From NCBI RefSeq assembly GCF_009914755.1, contig NC_060934.1: a stretch of DNA of 64,000 nt; one strand, 5' to 3'. Both the position numbers and the translations under genes were made by a program. Each line of letters begins with the position of its first letter. Position 1 is the stretch's first letter. Below, in pieces: positions 26,190 to 63,239 of the stretch. The notes beneath the pieces were generated by a model. That model saw only the letters and a list, made by a program, of their open reading frames with translations. It ran no database searches and was not told where the DNA came from. This DNA is from the human T2T-CHM13v2.0 reference genome, Homo sapiens.

Positions 26190-26271
26190 TTCCTACCTTT
26201 GTCCTTATGAAATTGAAATTTCATAATTTCCCTTTTCCCTTCCTACCTTCGTCCTTATGAAATTGAAATTT
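26190..26271. repeat. 32 bp direct repeat (period 50) with an internal hairpin
   Basis: TTCCTACCTTYGTCCTTATGAAATTGAAATTT at 26190 and 26240. Confidence 0.9.
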
Positions 26272-27483
26272 TTGTGTGTGTTGGGAGAAGGGGGATGGCA
26301 TTATTTATGCTTCACCTGTGTTGATTTAGATGGAAATGGTACAGGAAACTATTTGCATTTTAACTTGCTGATCTAAGTTGTAGAATTCCTCCCCTCTCCC
26401 CGCCCCCAAGAAAGTAGTTGAACGCAGCAAATGAAATGACATACCTCAGGAGGTACCCAGGTTTGATGATCCTGCCTTGCTCACTTGGGCCATTGCCCTG
26501 TTGAGTTGATATGCTTTGCATAACAGGCAATCTAGTCTCTGGGTAGGCAGTGTGATCAATCCAGGATCCAGTCATCCTCAGTTGAGCCTAAGGGTGACTA
26601 TAGAGGCATCAAAACGTTTTCTCTTTCTCTCTCTTTCTTTTTTTTAATCCTAAATGTCATTTCTAGATAGGAATAATTTTCTAGATAGGAATAATTCCCA
26701 CTCCTACCCACAAATCAGAAAATTCATCCTTCAAATACAAGTCCCAAGCTTGTATTTGAGCTTCTTTTTAATGGTGTTTGTAGACAGTATGTTCCAGTCT
26801 TGACAGTGATGCTCATTGGCACAGTGGGAACTCAGGCTATAGACATATCTCCTCAGTAGCTGGGCACCAATCCCAGTTTCAGCTCAGAGTTCTCAAAGTT
26901 ACACTACTATTTTATTTCCCTCTTTTCCAGAAGTCAGGATGACTGCCACTTTCACATAATAACCTCATTGATAGGGTACTTAGACTGGCTGCTGTGGGCA
27001 GCTAAAGAGGAAGAAGACACAGCTCTTGCTTTTGAGGAGACTCTATTTATAGAGTACTCACTGCAAGGATCACCCTAATCTTTGTATGACACTTCTCATT
27101 GATTGATCACACACTATATCCCTGTGGCTCTGTGTGACTGATTAGAATGATTCTGTTGTTGGGTTAATGGTGGGATTGAATTTAAGGGTGTATGTTTTTG
27201 TTGACATTTTATCCTCAGGCTAGAAGAGCTATGTAAATATAATGAGCTGCTGTTTAGCTGTTACTCTTTTTTTTTTTTAATATTTCAGTATGTTCAACTG
27301 CAGTTGTTTAACTAAATGAAAATATAATAAAGCAGTGTGCTGATTTGGAACCCCAATAATAATAGAAGTGATCATAGAAGTGATTATTTGTTCTAGTAGT
27401 AGTGGAAATTACGATAGATGCAATAGTAGTGTAAATGATCATGGAAGTATGATGGCAAAGTAATGGTTTGCCAATCATATAAA

Positions 27484-28155
<672 letters not shown>

Positions 28156-28631
28156 ATAAACAAAATGGGCAGGCCTTATGAGACTTAATCACTGCAGTTC
28201 TCTATACATAATCACATAGACTTTTTTTCTTTGTCCTACTCTGCCAGCTGTCACCTTTGTACCTTGGGTGCCCTGAGTGGCTAAAAGATGGAGTGAGATA
28301 GAGAAGGTTTGTTTTATTTTTCATCTCCAAGCTGGCAGAAGGGACAGCTTTGGACATATTAGTAGCTTACCTTGTAAACGGTTTTTGAGATACTCTCAGA
28401 ATCTCCACAGGGGGAGGAGATGGCATGCTAGAGCTGAGGTACCCTGGTCACCCGATTATCAGGTCTGGGAGGATTTTCCAGTGATGCATTGTCAGGGCAC
28501 CAGCTTTTTTCCCAGTTTAACCTTCTTTTACTTCCACCCTTTAAGTAAATTTCTTGAGCTCAGTAAGTTGTTTCCTAGTTTAGTAACTTTGGTTATTCTC
28601 AATAAAGCACAGAACTATGATGTGTTCCTAG

Positions 28632-37795
<9,164 letters not shown>

Positions 37796-37922
37796 TCTTG
37801 GTACTGAAAAGTTAAATCACAATTCTAACCTTATCAGGTACTGATTTTTAAACTTGGGTATGCTTTGGGTAACCAAATATTAACCAGACTATTATCTTAA
37901 CTGTTTTGGTAGGTTTGCCAAG

Positions 37923-38018
37923 ATGGTGGATAAGAATATTTACATCATTCAAGGGGAGATTAACATTGTGGTTGGGGCCATCAAACGAAATGCCCGATGG
38001 AGCACCCATACACCACTG
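37923..38018 (+). CDS. GBF1: GBF1 (Golgi brefeldin A-resistant ARF-GEF 1) exon 2 coding part; exon begins at 37913
   Basis: Acceptor ttttggtag|GTTTGCCAAGATGG (good Kozak); MVDKNIYIIQGEINIVVGAIKRNARWSTHTPL is the GBF1 N-terminus; donor CTG|GTAAGT. Confidence 0.96.
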
Positions 38019-39033
38019 GTAAGTGGGAAATGGATAAATAGCCTGGTCACTAAGTTTTTATAGGGGATCTGTTGGCATGGTTAAAAGAGTAATCAAATTC
38101 CTAGTAATAATGAGAATAGTAGGAATTCAGAGTTGTTCTTGATATCTTGTTTTTTTGTATCCCAACTAGCATCAGATATATAGGCTATCTTTTTTTCTCT
38201 GGGACCCAAAAGATGACACCATTCTTCTTCTAAATATTTTTGTAAACAGCTTAAGCTAGTCCTGTGCTTGGGACCTCTTTAGTATGCCTAAAAGTATCAG
38301 AAAGATTCTTTATTTTCTAATTCTTTAGGGCTATAATTAGCTATCAAATTTATTTAAATCAGGGTAGTTATTGATACATAGAACATGACTTAGTGATGGT
38401 ACTCCTTCTTGGGGGTTCAGCAAACTTCCATATATAGAGTAGGCCATATCTTACCAATCAGATGAGTAAGAAACTTACCTGTTATACAGTTGGCTTTCTT
38501 TGCTATATATGTTTGAGGACTTTTTTTTGTAGAATTGTGTAAAACAATTTTTGGCCCAGTTGTAAAAGCAAGTTTAGAAATTGCCAACTTGGGAGTTTAT
38601 ATGAACATAGTTGGTAAGTGCATTTGGAAATTTCTCAAGTTCTTTCATAAAAATGTATTGATTTAAAAGTGAGAATGGCATCAGGAATATCTTTGAAATG
38701 AATATGTATGATGACATAGTGGGTATGAAAAGGGAGAGAAGACAGAATAATACACATATAAAGGACCTGGCAATCTGTAGTAGCTTGAGTGTTATGGTGA
38801 TGATATAGATTAGCACTTAAGAATTCACTATTTTGTATAAGCCCAGAGTATCTCTACGAAATAAGAGATTAGGGTACAGAAAAATATGAACTATGGCTAA
38901 TTTTCTTTTCCTCAGAAGGAAAACTTAAATGATTTTCTGATTGGATTCATAGAAAGAGCCCTTGATCTGTCCTTTATTTTCCTTTTCCTCTTTTGGCCCA
39001 ATAATGACTTACTTTAATCTATGTGTTCTACAG

Positions 39034-39100
39034 GATGAAGAACGGGATCCTCTGCTGCATAGTTTCGGTCATCTAAAGGAGGTTTTAAACAGTATAACAG
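39034..39100 (+). CDS. GBF1: GBF1 exon 3 (CDS continues beyond the window)
   Basis: Acceptor ttctacag|GAT; DEERDPLLHSFGHLKEVLNSIT in frame with exon 2; donor CAG|GTAAGT. Confidence 0.96.
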
Positions 39101-39164
39101 GTAAGTCTCCATATGTATGTGGATTACTAATCTTGGTAAAAAATATGTGTTTGATTTATTGAAA

Positions 39165-39830
<666 letters not shown>

Positions 39831-40220
39831 TTATTGCATTGGTTTCAGTCTTCATGATCTTTCAGTCTTCATGTGTTCTAGAATCATTTGTCCCTTTGTT
39901 TGCCCCCTATTTTCCTAATCACGGTAACCTTATATAATATATTCATATGTTTAGAATTTTCAAAGCCATTTTCACATTTATTACCTTATTGAACTTTTAT
40001 ACAACCCTGTGAGGGAGGCATGGCAGCTATTGTCCCCTTTTTGTGAAAGAAGTTAAAGCCCAGAGGAGTTTAAAGTGATTTAGCTGAGGTCACACTAATC
40101 CTAAGAGGTGGAGTCAAAACTAGAATTCAGGCCTCTGTTGCCTGGTTTAGGGCTCTTTGCTCTATATTGCTTCTGTACATGTGATTAGAAGAGAATGTAC
40201 ACATTAAGTACCTTATATTT

Positions 40221-40283
40221 GTGTGTGTGTGTGTGTGTGTTTATTTTATGTATATATATACACACACACACACACATATACAC
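40221..40283. repeat. (GT)10 ... (TA)n(CA)n compound microsatellite
   Basis: Read directly from the sequence. Confidence 0.95.
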
Positions 40284-40556
40284 TGGCAGGAAAGGAGGAA
40301 AGTGTCAAAACCAAGGGGATGTAGATACAGACTGAAAGGGACAGCCTCAGAGCTATGTTCCTTTGTTGACCACAAAGGGCTCCTGCAGTGTATAACCCTG
40401 GAATGCTTTTGGCTAGTGACATATGTCAGACTGTAATTGGATAGTGTTTAGGCTTCTGCAAATTAAACAAACAATAAGAAAATTTCTTCTTTTCATTAGA
40501 AATATGGGAGAAGATCTGGAGAAAAAATCTATTTTACTTTCCTAAACATGGGCTAA

Positions 40557-41128
<572 letters not shown>

Positions 41129-42961
41129 CCATATTTTCTTTAAAGGAGCAAATTTCACTCAATTGAAACAGCTTGGAAATGTTAGCTAAGAAGGATCAAG
41201 TATAGAGGAGGCAATTGTTGACTAGTTAGCAGGGCAAATGCTGCTACTAGGTGGCATGTTCTTATTTTATGGCCTGTACCGACTGGTACTTGAGTGCTTT
41301 AGAATGTTGGCTACTTGCACAGATTTTTTTTTTTAATTTTACAGATAAAGCTTACATATCCCAATTAGAAAGGAAATATAATGAATGGAGATTTACAGTT
41401 CTTTTTGTTTGGTTTTGAATTCAGAGTACTGTCTTCTTAAGAGATATTAAGAGGATCAAACAAGTTAATATAATTGGAAACACTTGGTAAACATCTTATA
41501 CACAGTGAAGGATTGTTGTTATAAGTGACTGGGAATACCCTAAAATGACTGAGATCACCCTGGCCTTGTAGGCCTTTTGGTCATTCTGCAAACCTTGAGG
41601 AGCTGAGGTGGTGCTGCTATCCTGACAGAGCCACATTTCCTGCCTGCTACTGAATCCAGATCCCATGCTTATTTTCTTCATGCTAACATGTCCCAAGATT
41701 TTACCTCAGAGACCATACCTGTGGTGAATGATGCAGTCTAGGAATTGTAGACTATTTAAGAGCTATCAAAGTTGAGTCTGACGCCTGATTTCCTTACGTC
41801 CTTGGGTCAGAAATCCAGCCAGATTATCTGCTCTTGGAACTAGTAAAACCAGAGTGTGTTCAGGAGCCATTTCTCTCATTGGTGGTAGGAACATCTCTGG
41901 GTGTTGCTAAGCTTTCCCCTGGAGTGAGAGGGAAGGGAGTAGTGTTTTCCAAGGCCAACAGCTGTGGCATGTCTTGAAATGGTGCCTGCCAAGGTTGCTA
42001 CATTGTTCTTGGTTTTTAGCATATTACCTGCCTGAGAAAATGACAGAATAGACCTAAAATAGAGCATTTATGGTCTTCATATTGCTTCTGACCCCACACA
42101 CAGTGCCGGCTCCCAGGAGCAGGTTTATGGGTCAGCTGTCCCTGTGGTCCTGGACTCTGCAACCCATGACTAATTTCTTGTTTCTTTTACGGAAACAAAC
42201 AGATTTTTCTGATTGGCAGTGTCAGGAGGACTGCTTTCCTGGAAGCTTATTAATGGTAGGAGGCTGGGAAAGGGTTTTTAACTTGGAGAGAAAACTGAAG
42301 GGAATGTGCTTGTGTTAGATGACCAGTTAAGGTGTACCACTTAGATTGGAGGAGGGATAGCAGGAATTCTAGGACTTCTACCCAGTTTCTCATGAAACTG
42401 ACTTGGACATGGTCCTTTTTTGCAAAGGGTTTCTGTTTGCATTTTTCTAGGCTTTCTGCTGGCTTGATTGGTAAGACTATCACTGTTGGAAATGGGTGGT
42501 TCATTGGACATTGTCAGTAAACCAAAATGATTTTTTTTTCTCTTTTTGTAGAAAGAATCTTTAAAATGTATAAGTACTACCTACACTACTCCTCCAGGAA
42601 TATTATCTCATTATTGTGAAGGAAATAAGTCCTTTTCTCCAGTAAGGTTGGCTAAGTCCATACTAGTTTTTCTCACAGATGTATGTCATTGGACCACATT
42701 TACAGTCAGTATTTGCCTAAACTGTATGATGACTACAAGGTCTATAGCATTTAGAGTAATAAGATATTCTAATAATACCAAATTTGAAAAGAGGGTTGCT
42801 CTTGGAAGAAAAAGGGTGTCCAAGAGCAAAGTTTGCATACTGTTACTTTGGATAAAGCTTTAGCTTACCACCAGTGAGAGAGACTTGACTGCTGTCCCTC
42901 ATTTGGTCTTGAAGTCCTCTCAGGACTCCTTTTAGATTATTCTGAAGGAGTTAAAACAGAT

Positions 42962-43160
42962 GTGTGGTTACCAGGGGCTGGGAGGGGGTATGGAGAGTGA
43001 CTGCTAATGGCTACAGGGTTCCTTTTTGGGGTAATGAAAATGTTCTAGAATTAGATAGTAGCGATGGTTGCACAACTTTGTGAGTATACAAGAAATCACT
43101 GAATTGTATACTTGAAAAGGATAATTTTATAGTATGTGAATCATATCTCAGTTTATAAAG
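42962..43160 (+). mobile_element. L1M (MB-type) 3' end
   Basis: 'gtggttaccaggggctggg..gactgctaatgg..gaaaatgttctagaattagatagt..cactgaattgtatact'. Confidence 0.8.
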
Positions 43161-44377
43161 GAGGCAAATGTAGGCTGCAGAAGTGATGGATTTGCCAGTT
43201 TTTTCTCAGGTCTCAGAACTGTGGAGGGAAGTCTCTGTAGTCACTGCTGTGCTTTGGACCCATTACCCAGCAAAGGCAGCATAAGGCTCTGTTCAGCTTC
43301 TGGCCCAGTTTGTCCTTTTATGTCTCTCTCATTAACTCAAGGAAGCACATGGCTTTTATATTTAAATTTATTCAAACTGTAATCTTTGACATTTGAGTTA
43401 GCTTTTAGTACAGTTTTGCATTTATAGTAATATATATTATGTATTTTCTCTATCCCCAAAGAATCCGTTTTAATCTTTTCCGGATGCAAATTTCAGGCTG
43501 TCTTGTCCCATCTTCCCTCTCTTGCTCTCTTTCCCCTCCCCCCACGGAGTGTGTTTGATCAGGTGTGGCAGGAATATCCACTGTCAAGCTGCGCCCTTTA
43601 TATTAGTCAATATTATCCTTCTCCCCCCTCCCTGTCTGTCTGCCCCTTTGGGCTTTCCCAGTTGATTTATAATTTTGGAATTCTCATTGGAGTCTGTAAT
43701 ACAGTTTGTTCATTATTTAACCAAAACCTGTTTAATGAGCAGAGAGAGGCAATGTAAATGTTAGGCATGTTGCAGTGATGTACCTTTGTGCTTCTCAGAG
43801 CGGGTGGGTAGTTAACTCTGTGCTGCCTGCAGGGCTGGGGTGTCCTGGCCTTAGGGGCAGAAGGGCCACTGCCTCTCTCTTACATCTGCCCAAGCCCTGC
43901 CATGGGTTTAGATTCCAAAGACACATTTCCTTTTATTCTTCTAAGAATCTTTTGGGGCTCTTGCATATGGGAGTTATCTTCAGTCTCGCAGCTAGACCTT
44001 GTGGTAGGATCTGTGGCATGGGATGGGGCATGGAAGGGAAAGTGAAATATCAGGATACTTGATATTGCTCTTGGTTTTAGATCTGACAAGAGTAGACAGT
44101 TTATGGGAATGCTTCTAGCCAATATGGTCTGTGGTCTTTGATCTCTTTGTTCCCAGACTAGATAAATTCTTGCAAGCCTTAGTTCCCTTCATCCAGTATA
44201 GCTTTATGGAAAGGGCTATAGTCAGTTGTGAGTTGTGGTGTTTGGTTGTAGTCATTTGCCTCCAGATATAGTCTGTCTTTGTCCTTGGTCTTTAAACTTA
44301 GATCATTACAAAGAGATTCTTTTCCAGAAAATTTTTGGTTTAAAACAGGAGAGGAACAGTCTAAAAGTATCACAACC

Positions 44378-46515
<2,138 letters not shown>

Positions 46516-48752
46516 AGCGAGTATGTTATATGAAAAAAATTTGCTGGAGTCCTATTGATTAAGTGCCTACTTTTATTTTTTCCTACAGGGGTCTATAGTT
46601 TAGGGAGTAAAGTAATATATCATTATTAATCAGCATGAGAAGAAGGTTGAATGGGTCATCAGCTTTTGTTCCACTTGGAATTGAGCTTGTGAATTGTTCA
46701 AGGCCTAAGTAGGAACTAAAAGAACCAAATGTGATAAAATTTGGCAGACAAATTTTGTGAAGGGCTGAGTGTTAGGAAAGGCAATGGGCACACTTAAAAG
46801 TATCCATTTCCTGTGCCCTGTTTTACTTTCTTGGTTTATAATATAAAACTATAGTTGAGTAATACATTAGAATGTGACTTGAATTTGAGTCAGACTGACT
46901 TTGGCACCTTAGAATCTCTGTAACTTGAGTGGCCACAGACTTGTAGACATTTCAGCACAGTTAGAGTGAATAAAGGTACTGTGATTCTTTTTTTCCCCAG
47001 GGACTATTCATATTAAAAGGGTAGCTCCAAGAGGCCTATATTTTGATGACTTGATTTTGCCATTTCTTTTTACTGGGGCCTTCCCCAGATGATTTATGAA
47101 TGCTCTTCATTTGACACTTTTAAACCAAGAAGTTCTTCCAAACATTTGTTTGTACTCAAGGTTAGAAAATGAAGACTCTTGAGAAGAAACAGCTCTGCAT
47201 AATCTGTCCTCTCATGGGTTCAGCTCTCTCTTTTTCTCTTCCTCATACCCAGGCACACTTAGCCATCAGAACTAGTTTGCTGGCTGTTGAGGGGGCACAT
47301 TTTCTACTGCATGTATCAGAAAAGGAATTGTGTAAAAAGAGGGAAAAGCATTCTTAATAGTTTAGCTCTCAAAAACAGAGAAACCTAATTTCTTTGTAGC
47401 AAAGGTTAGGGGGCAGTGTAACAGTGTGGTTTGTGGTGGGTATCAAAGTTGCTGGTGTTTTTATTGCATTTGTCCTCTTTAGCACAGCTACCTCTTGAGG
47501 CCTGAAACTTCTGAGTATATGCCCAACTTACCATGACAGCAGTCAGATGAGTAAAAAGAAAGCCAGCTGCTGTTTTTTTTTCAAACAAGGAGGCAGGCAG
47601 AGTCCCTTCCTGCTTTTCCACCCATTCAAACTCAGGACAAGTGCCAAAAGGGTTTCAGAAGAAGCCAAATGCTTGAAATTCAATGTGTTGTTTTGATTAG
47701 GAGAGATAGTGAAGAGTTTGTCTCAGCCTTGCCCACCTCTGACTATCTCTCTATGTTCATAGATACTTAGTTGATAACCCAGTTTCTGAAGTGATAGTGG
47801 ATATGTTTATGGAAAGGGTGAGTACATTTGTCTTTTCTCTCCTGGCATCTGTTAGAAGATGGAGTTGGCTATAGAGCAAAATGGAGATAAGATCATTTCA
47901 GCTCAGATCACTTCATTAAGAAAGGGTAATAGATGGAGAGCAATGACTACTTTAGGCTCTCAGTTTTACTCTAGGAAACCAGGAGATAATTTGCACCTCA
48001 CCAGTTTAGGGGCCTTTATTCCTTTCCTTTATTCTTTGAAGATCCTAAAGAACTTAGATGGACAAGCACTTCTGGCTGTCTGTTGGCTGGGTTCTCATGG
48101 CATGTCTCTTCTGTAACATCAGCATTCTGTTACCACTGTTACCACTGTAGGTCGAGTTGTGAAGGGCTGCCACATGTGCACAGATCACAACTGACCTTTC
48201 CTTGTTCCACGCTTATTGAGCAATTACTTGCCCGTTTGTGGAACTCACATTATTGTCTTGCATTTCTGGCCCAGTGTGAAGTGGGGGCATCCAGGAAGTG
48301 GCCTAATGGACTGTACATCAGAGGGCAATAAATTGGCATATGATTTGGTGGAAAGGCAGGGCCAGATGTAGTGTGGGAGCTAGAGTTTTTCTGCAGTCAG
48401 CCATGCAGCTTGCTTCCAGGTGTCCTGGAAAGCAGCTTGGGAACTAGAGGGTAAGAGTAGTTGAGGACATTCACTGGGGAAGAAAAGGATCAAAAGCACT
48501 TCAGTGTTATCTGGGATTGGCCCTGAATTGAAAAAAAATCCTCTAAAAGTAGAGGGACAAATGAGATTTCCCTGACACTGACAGGGACTTTTCCACAGAT
48601 TATTTTTTGTTTTCAAGTAAAGTGAGTTATTGTAAGAAAAAAAATCTAAAATTTGAGAGACCCTTGACAAGAGGATGTAGAATGAGAAAGCCTCATTCCA
48701 AATGAGTTTTTGCATTTAAGAAAACTGGTACCAAATTGATTAAATGAAATGA

Positions 48753-52500
<3,748 letters not shown>

Positions 52501-53653
52501 TTGTGATGTACTCCTGTTCTAGCACTGGTTTGAATTTGTCTGTCTGCAATGTTATTTCATGGGCAAGGAGTCAAGGAGGATATTGAGTCAGGGTGCCCTT
52601 CTCACCATTTTCTTGACATTCTGTGAAGGACTCTGTGAGGCACCTTAGCCCCCTTGACTTTTGGGAATGAGTGGATTCTTCATCCCTATCAACTTTGATT
52701 TCAGTAAGACAGTTCTATTTAGATGGTTGTTTCTGGATGAATCAGCTTTTGCCAGGCAGAGATTAATTTGAGCCTATTTGAGTCGTTATAATCCTGGAAA
52801 ATATTAGAGTAAGTATTCTTCCCCAAGGAAATAAGAATTGTGGAAGTAATTATGACTGATTAGTCACTTTGCACCTTATCCCTTTTATGTGATGCTATAC
52901 AGATTGTTTAGACATATCATGTTAGACATGGCCACCCTTTTGAATCATCTTGGTGAGCTGAGGGAATCATTTGTCCTCGAAAGACTCCAAAAGAGCATCT
53001 TCTCCAGGAACTTTTCTGTTAGTGGAAGTTCAACAAATATTTGTTGATTACTTACTATGTGCCAGGAATGGAACTAGGTTCTAGGGACCTAGTTTTCAAG
53101 GAGACTGACACAGTTCCTGTTCTCATAGTTTATGGTCTAGTGGGCTGGTGATTTGAGAAGCTCTGGAATTTGAGCAGACAACTGGGCACTAGTTTGAAGT
53201 CTGCCAGTTTCCACACGTGACCTCAGGAAATTGTTGTATGCTTTGGTTTGCTGAAAGAGGTTCTAGGATGGTCAAAAGAATAGCATTGGTGTTGTCCACA
53301 TTGTCTGTCCCACCCCCACCCTGTGCCCTAGCCCTGCCTGCTTGGCAGTGACCCTGGAAATTCTGTGCATGGCAGCTTCATTAGCTGCTTTTAGGGCCTT
53401 GAATGTCTTATAGTTGATTAGTCTATTAAAAAAATTTTTTTCACCTATAATATGTTCTATGATATGATTAGTCTCTTTATATTGGCCTTTGATTAATCAG
53501 TCTGTGCATCACAGACTGACCACATCACAGACGGACCACAACTGACCACAGTTGAACCATAGGATAAGTTATCAATGGCTGATTGTTTTTTCTAATAAAA
53601 TTCAACTTTGCATTTGAGTCCTCTTTGGCTTGGGCTTCTGACACAATTTTTAG

Positions 53654-59255
<5,602 letters not shown>

Positions 59256-60489
59256 CTAAAATAGGAAAATGGGAGTCAGCTCTAACATTTACCTTTACCC
59301 AGTCCAGTGTGTGGGTTTTCCCCTTTCAGTAGAATGTTCTATGAGATAGGATGAGATGGGGTGAATGAAATTGTCCCATCCTTGACTCCTTGGATCTGTT
59401 TACATGGAACTGAAGGTTTTACCCTGTAATGTGACTTGATAGCCTGATCCTAGTGGGTTGGGTAGGAAGAGGCTATTAAGTGATGTTTTTTGGCTTGCTA
59501 GCATTAACAGAGTTATTTTTAACCTCCCATTTCAATCTCTTCGTTGTTCAGGTTCCTCTGCTGGCTACCATGAGAGCAGTCAAAATTAGCAACTATATAA
59601 AATGAAGTACCTCTTGTCTCCCCAGTCACTTCCAAAATAAACAGGGAGTAATACTGTCCATATTTTGTCTCACTTTACTCTGAAGGCTAGCAATAGAGGA
59701 AGCATGGATTAGTGTGTAGTGATTTCCAGGCTCTGCCCTCTGGACAGATTCCCCTCTGAGTGCTCCAGTTGAGTGACAGGACCATGTGGCAGGAGTGCAG
59801 CTGGAAGTATATCATCGGCAGATTTGGGTTGGGTAAATATAGCAGGAGCAGGATGTCAGTGTGGGAGATGGATTGTTCTGGGAAAGGAAGTGTTGTCTTT
59901 CGTCTGAGAAACAATTTCCTGCACTTCTGGGACTTTTGCTTTCTTCTTTTTCTTTTTTTTCCCAGGGCAGAGCAGGAGTTGGCAGGGGATGGGTACACTT
60001 GCTGAATTCTATCTCTGGATGTCTGCATGTTTCTACATTTGAAGTTGGGAGTAGAGATCAGATCTGTTTCAGCCAGTTAGGAAATGGACCTAATAAATTA
60101 TCGTACCCATGCCTTAAGTTTCACTTTTTGAAGTTTTAAATTAAAGCACCTATCTGCTTAAAGCCTCTTTTTAAAAAGTTACTGTTCTTTTAGTGAAATA
60201 GACGGGTTGAGAGGCAAAAATAATTACGTAAAGAAAATCAACTCTATTGCAAGTCAGACATGAGGCACCAGCTGGCAGGAAACAGCTGGGATATTTCTGG
60301 GGGCTAGACTCTTCCACACCAGCACTTAACTCTTCAAGTGATCTCTGTTATCTGAGCTACTTAAGATAGCTACCTACCTTACCAACAATCTGCATAAAAT
60401 ACTAAATCTACTAAATTATGTGATATTTTACAATTGACTAGAACTTTATAATTTATAAAGTGGTTTTTCATTATAGCCTTTCAATTTTA

Positions 60490-60619
60490 GAATCTATAAA
60501 GCACATAAATTATAATCTATAAATTATATTTTTATAAATTATCTATAAATTATATTTATATAAATTATTATATTATAACTTAGACTCATACATAATCTAT
60601 AATAGATTATTTCTATAAA

Positions 60620-60630
<11 letters not shown>
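60490..60630. repeat. AT-rich low-complexity repeat (TATAAATTATA units)
   Basis: ATCTATAAATTATATTT-like unit repeated 2-3 times. Confidence 0.8.
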
Positions 60631-61218
<588 letters not shown>

Positions 61219-63239
61219 GCCTGTATTCTTTTCAAGTTTCACAAAAACTCACAAGATAGACTGTGCCTTTATTAATATTCCCCTTTTACAGATAAAACTC
61301 AGGTTCCAGAAAAATTAAGTAACATTTTCAAGGTTATACAGTAAAAGCTTCTTTTAAAGTGTGATTATGATTTGGAAAAAGGCGATGAGGTTATTTATTT
61401 GCTTTTCACGTGAATAAGGGCAGACTTACAGCTAACCTTCAGGTGGGCCATTTACTGAAGAGGAACAAGAGACAGAGGTGAGTCTAGCTTGTTCCTGGAC
61501 TCTTCTGTCTTGCTGGAGACAAATTAACATTATTATTTTAATCACAATTATTTTGGGAAAACCCCTTTCTCTTTGATTCTGCTATGTCTACCAAAGGAAC
61601 TGATGGCAGAAAATCCTGAGTTAGCCTTGTTCCCTGGCAACAGACTTCAGGCTGCTTACTGGTCCCTGTTGTTGGATACCAGGTTCAGTAGGAAAGTCTG
61701 CTGAGAGTATAGCATGAACACTAACCCAACTAGCCTATTTCCAGCACGTGTGGTGTTAACTATCTGGGAATAGGAACATGAGTTTTTAAATTCCAGTCTC
61801 TAATTGGGTAGGCTGAAGTTCTGGCTTGGAGTAAGGAGATTCACAGAACTGCAGTGCTAAGAGATAGTAGAAAAATTTAAAAATTCAATAAGACATGGCA
61901 CTTAACTGACTCTGAATGCTCTGTCCGGAGGGATGAGTAAAGGGGAGAGGTGAGAGGAGGTAAAGTAGCGGGTTACTAATGATCCTAGATACTATTAAAA
62001 GATTATCACAAGGAGGTGGAAACTATTGAGGTACAAACCATCAGATCTTAAGGTAAGGAGTCACTCATCTTGCCCAGAGAAGTAGTAGTGAAGATAGTAC
62101 CTGGATCCTAAAAGGTAACTTTTAAAGTACTTCAACCTAAGATGACAGAGGGTAGGCAGTTTATTGATACCCTTAACAACCACTTGTTAGTAGAGCCATT
62201 TTAATTAATGGGAAAGGGGATCATTCTCCGTTTATGCTTTTATTATATGTAGCTATGAGCATAGAAGCTGTGTTTGGACCCTCTGGTGACTATTGCCCTC
62301 TTCTAGTTGTGTCCAGGCACAGGTAAATTCTTGAGGCCAGGAAGGGCCTGGCTTTATCTCCAAAAGGAAGCTGTGGAAATAGCAATGAGCAAAACAATGA
62401 GAAAGAGCTTTAGAAAATTTGCAAATATTGTGTATCTTCATGGCATGATGAAGTGGGATTAGGACAGGGGAGAAAGTATAAACCACCAATTATAGGAGTC
62501 TTTAAGGGCTTGGGTGACTGAGGCCTTCTGCTAGGAGGCTGGGAGGTTGTTGATGACAGCAAAGATGTAACAGGTATTGAATACTAGAGGATAGACCTCA
62601 TACTCTGAAAATGCTTTTGCCTCAACAATTTGAAAGAGAAATATGAAAGACAAAGTGACAATATGAAGAATGACTATTCAAAGTGCTTCTACCAGTAAGT
62701 CTTGTCTGTTGGCAAGTTTTAACCTGTAGGTAGGGGAAAAACGTGGGAGGATCTCTTATTCAGAATGCAAAACAGGAGACAGTGAAGTACCTGTGTTTCC
62801 AAAGAACTCCGAATTGAGCTGTGGTGGAAGAGGAGGAAATTTCTTACTGTGGTCTTGTATAATGTGAAATCTTTGTGAAGTCTCAATAGATGTTAAGTCT
62901 CCAAGGAGGGGAGACTTTTTAGCTGCTAAAGAAGCTTAGGTTCAGTGAGCCTCCAGTGGGAATACAGACATAGACGTCCACTGACATTTCTGCAACCAGT
63001 TTTGGTGAGTGGAAAGCAACTAGGTAAGTTTCACTTTTTGCAAGAATCCCAAGTGACCCTTTGCACTATGGACTGAGGTACCTGCTTGTCTCTACAAAAA
63101 CTATAGAGGAGACACGACAGGCTTTAACTGGAAATTGTTCATGGTTTCTTAGAAGGGAAGCTCATATCCTGTTAAAGCACTTTAGAAAAATAAAGTCAAA
63201 TTAGAGATAAGAGGATCTTTACTTGTATTTTCAAGAGCT

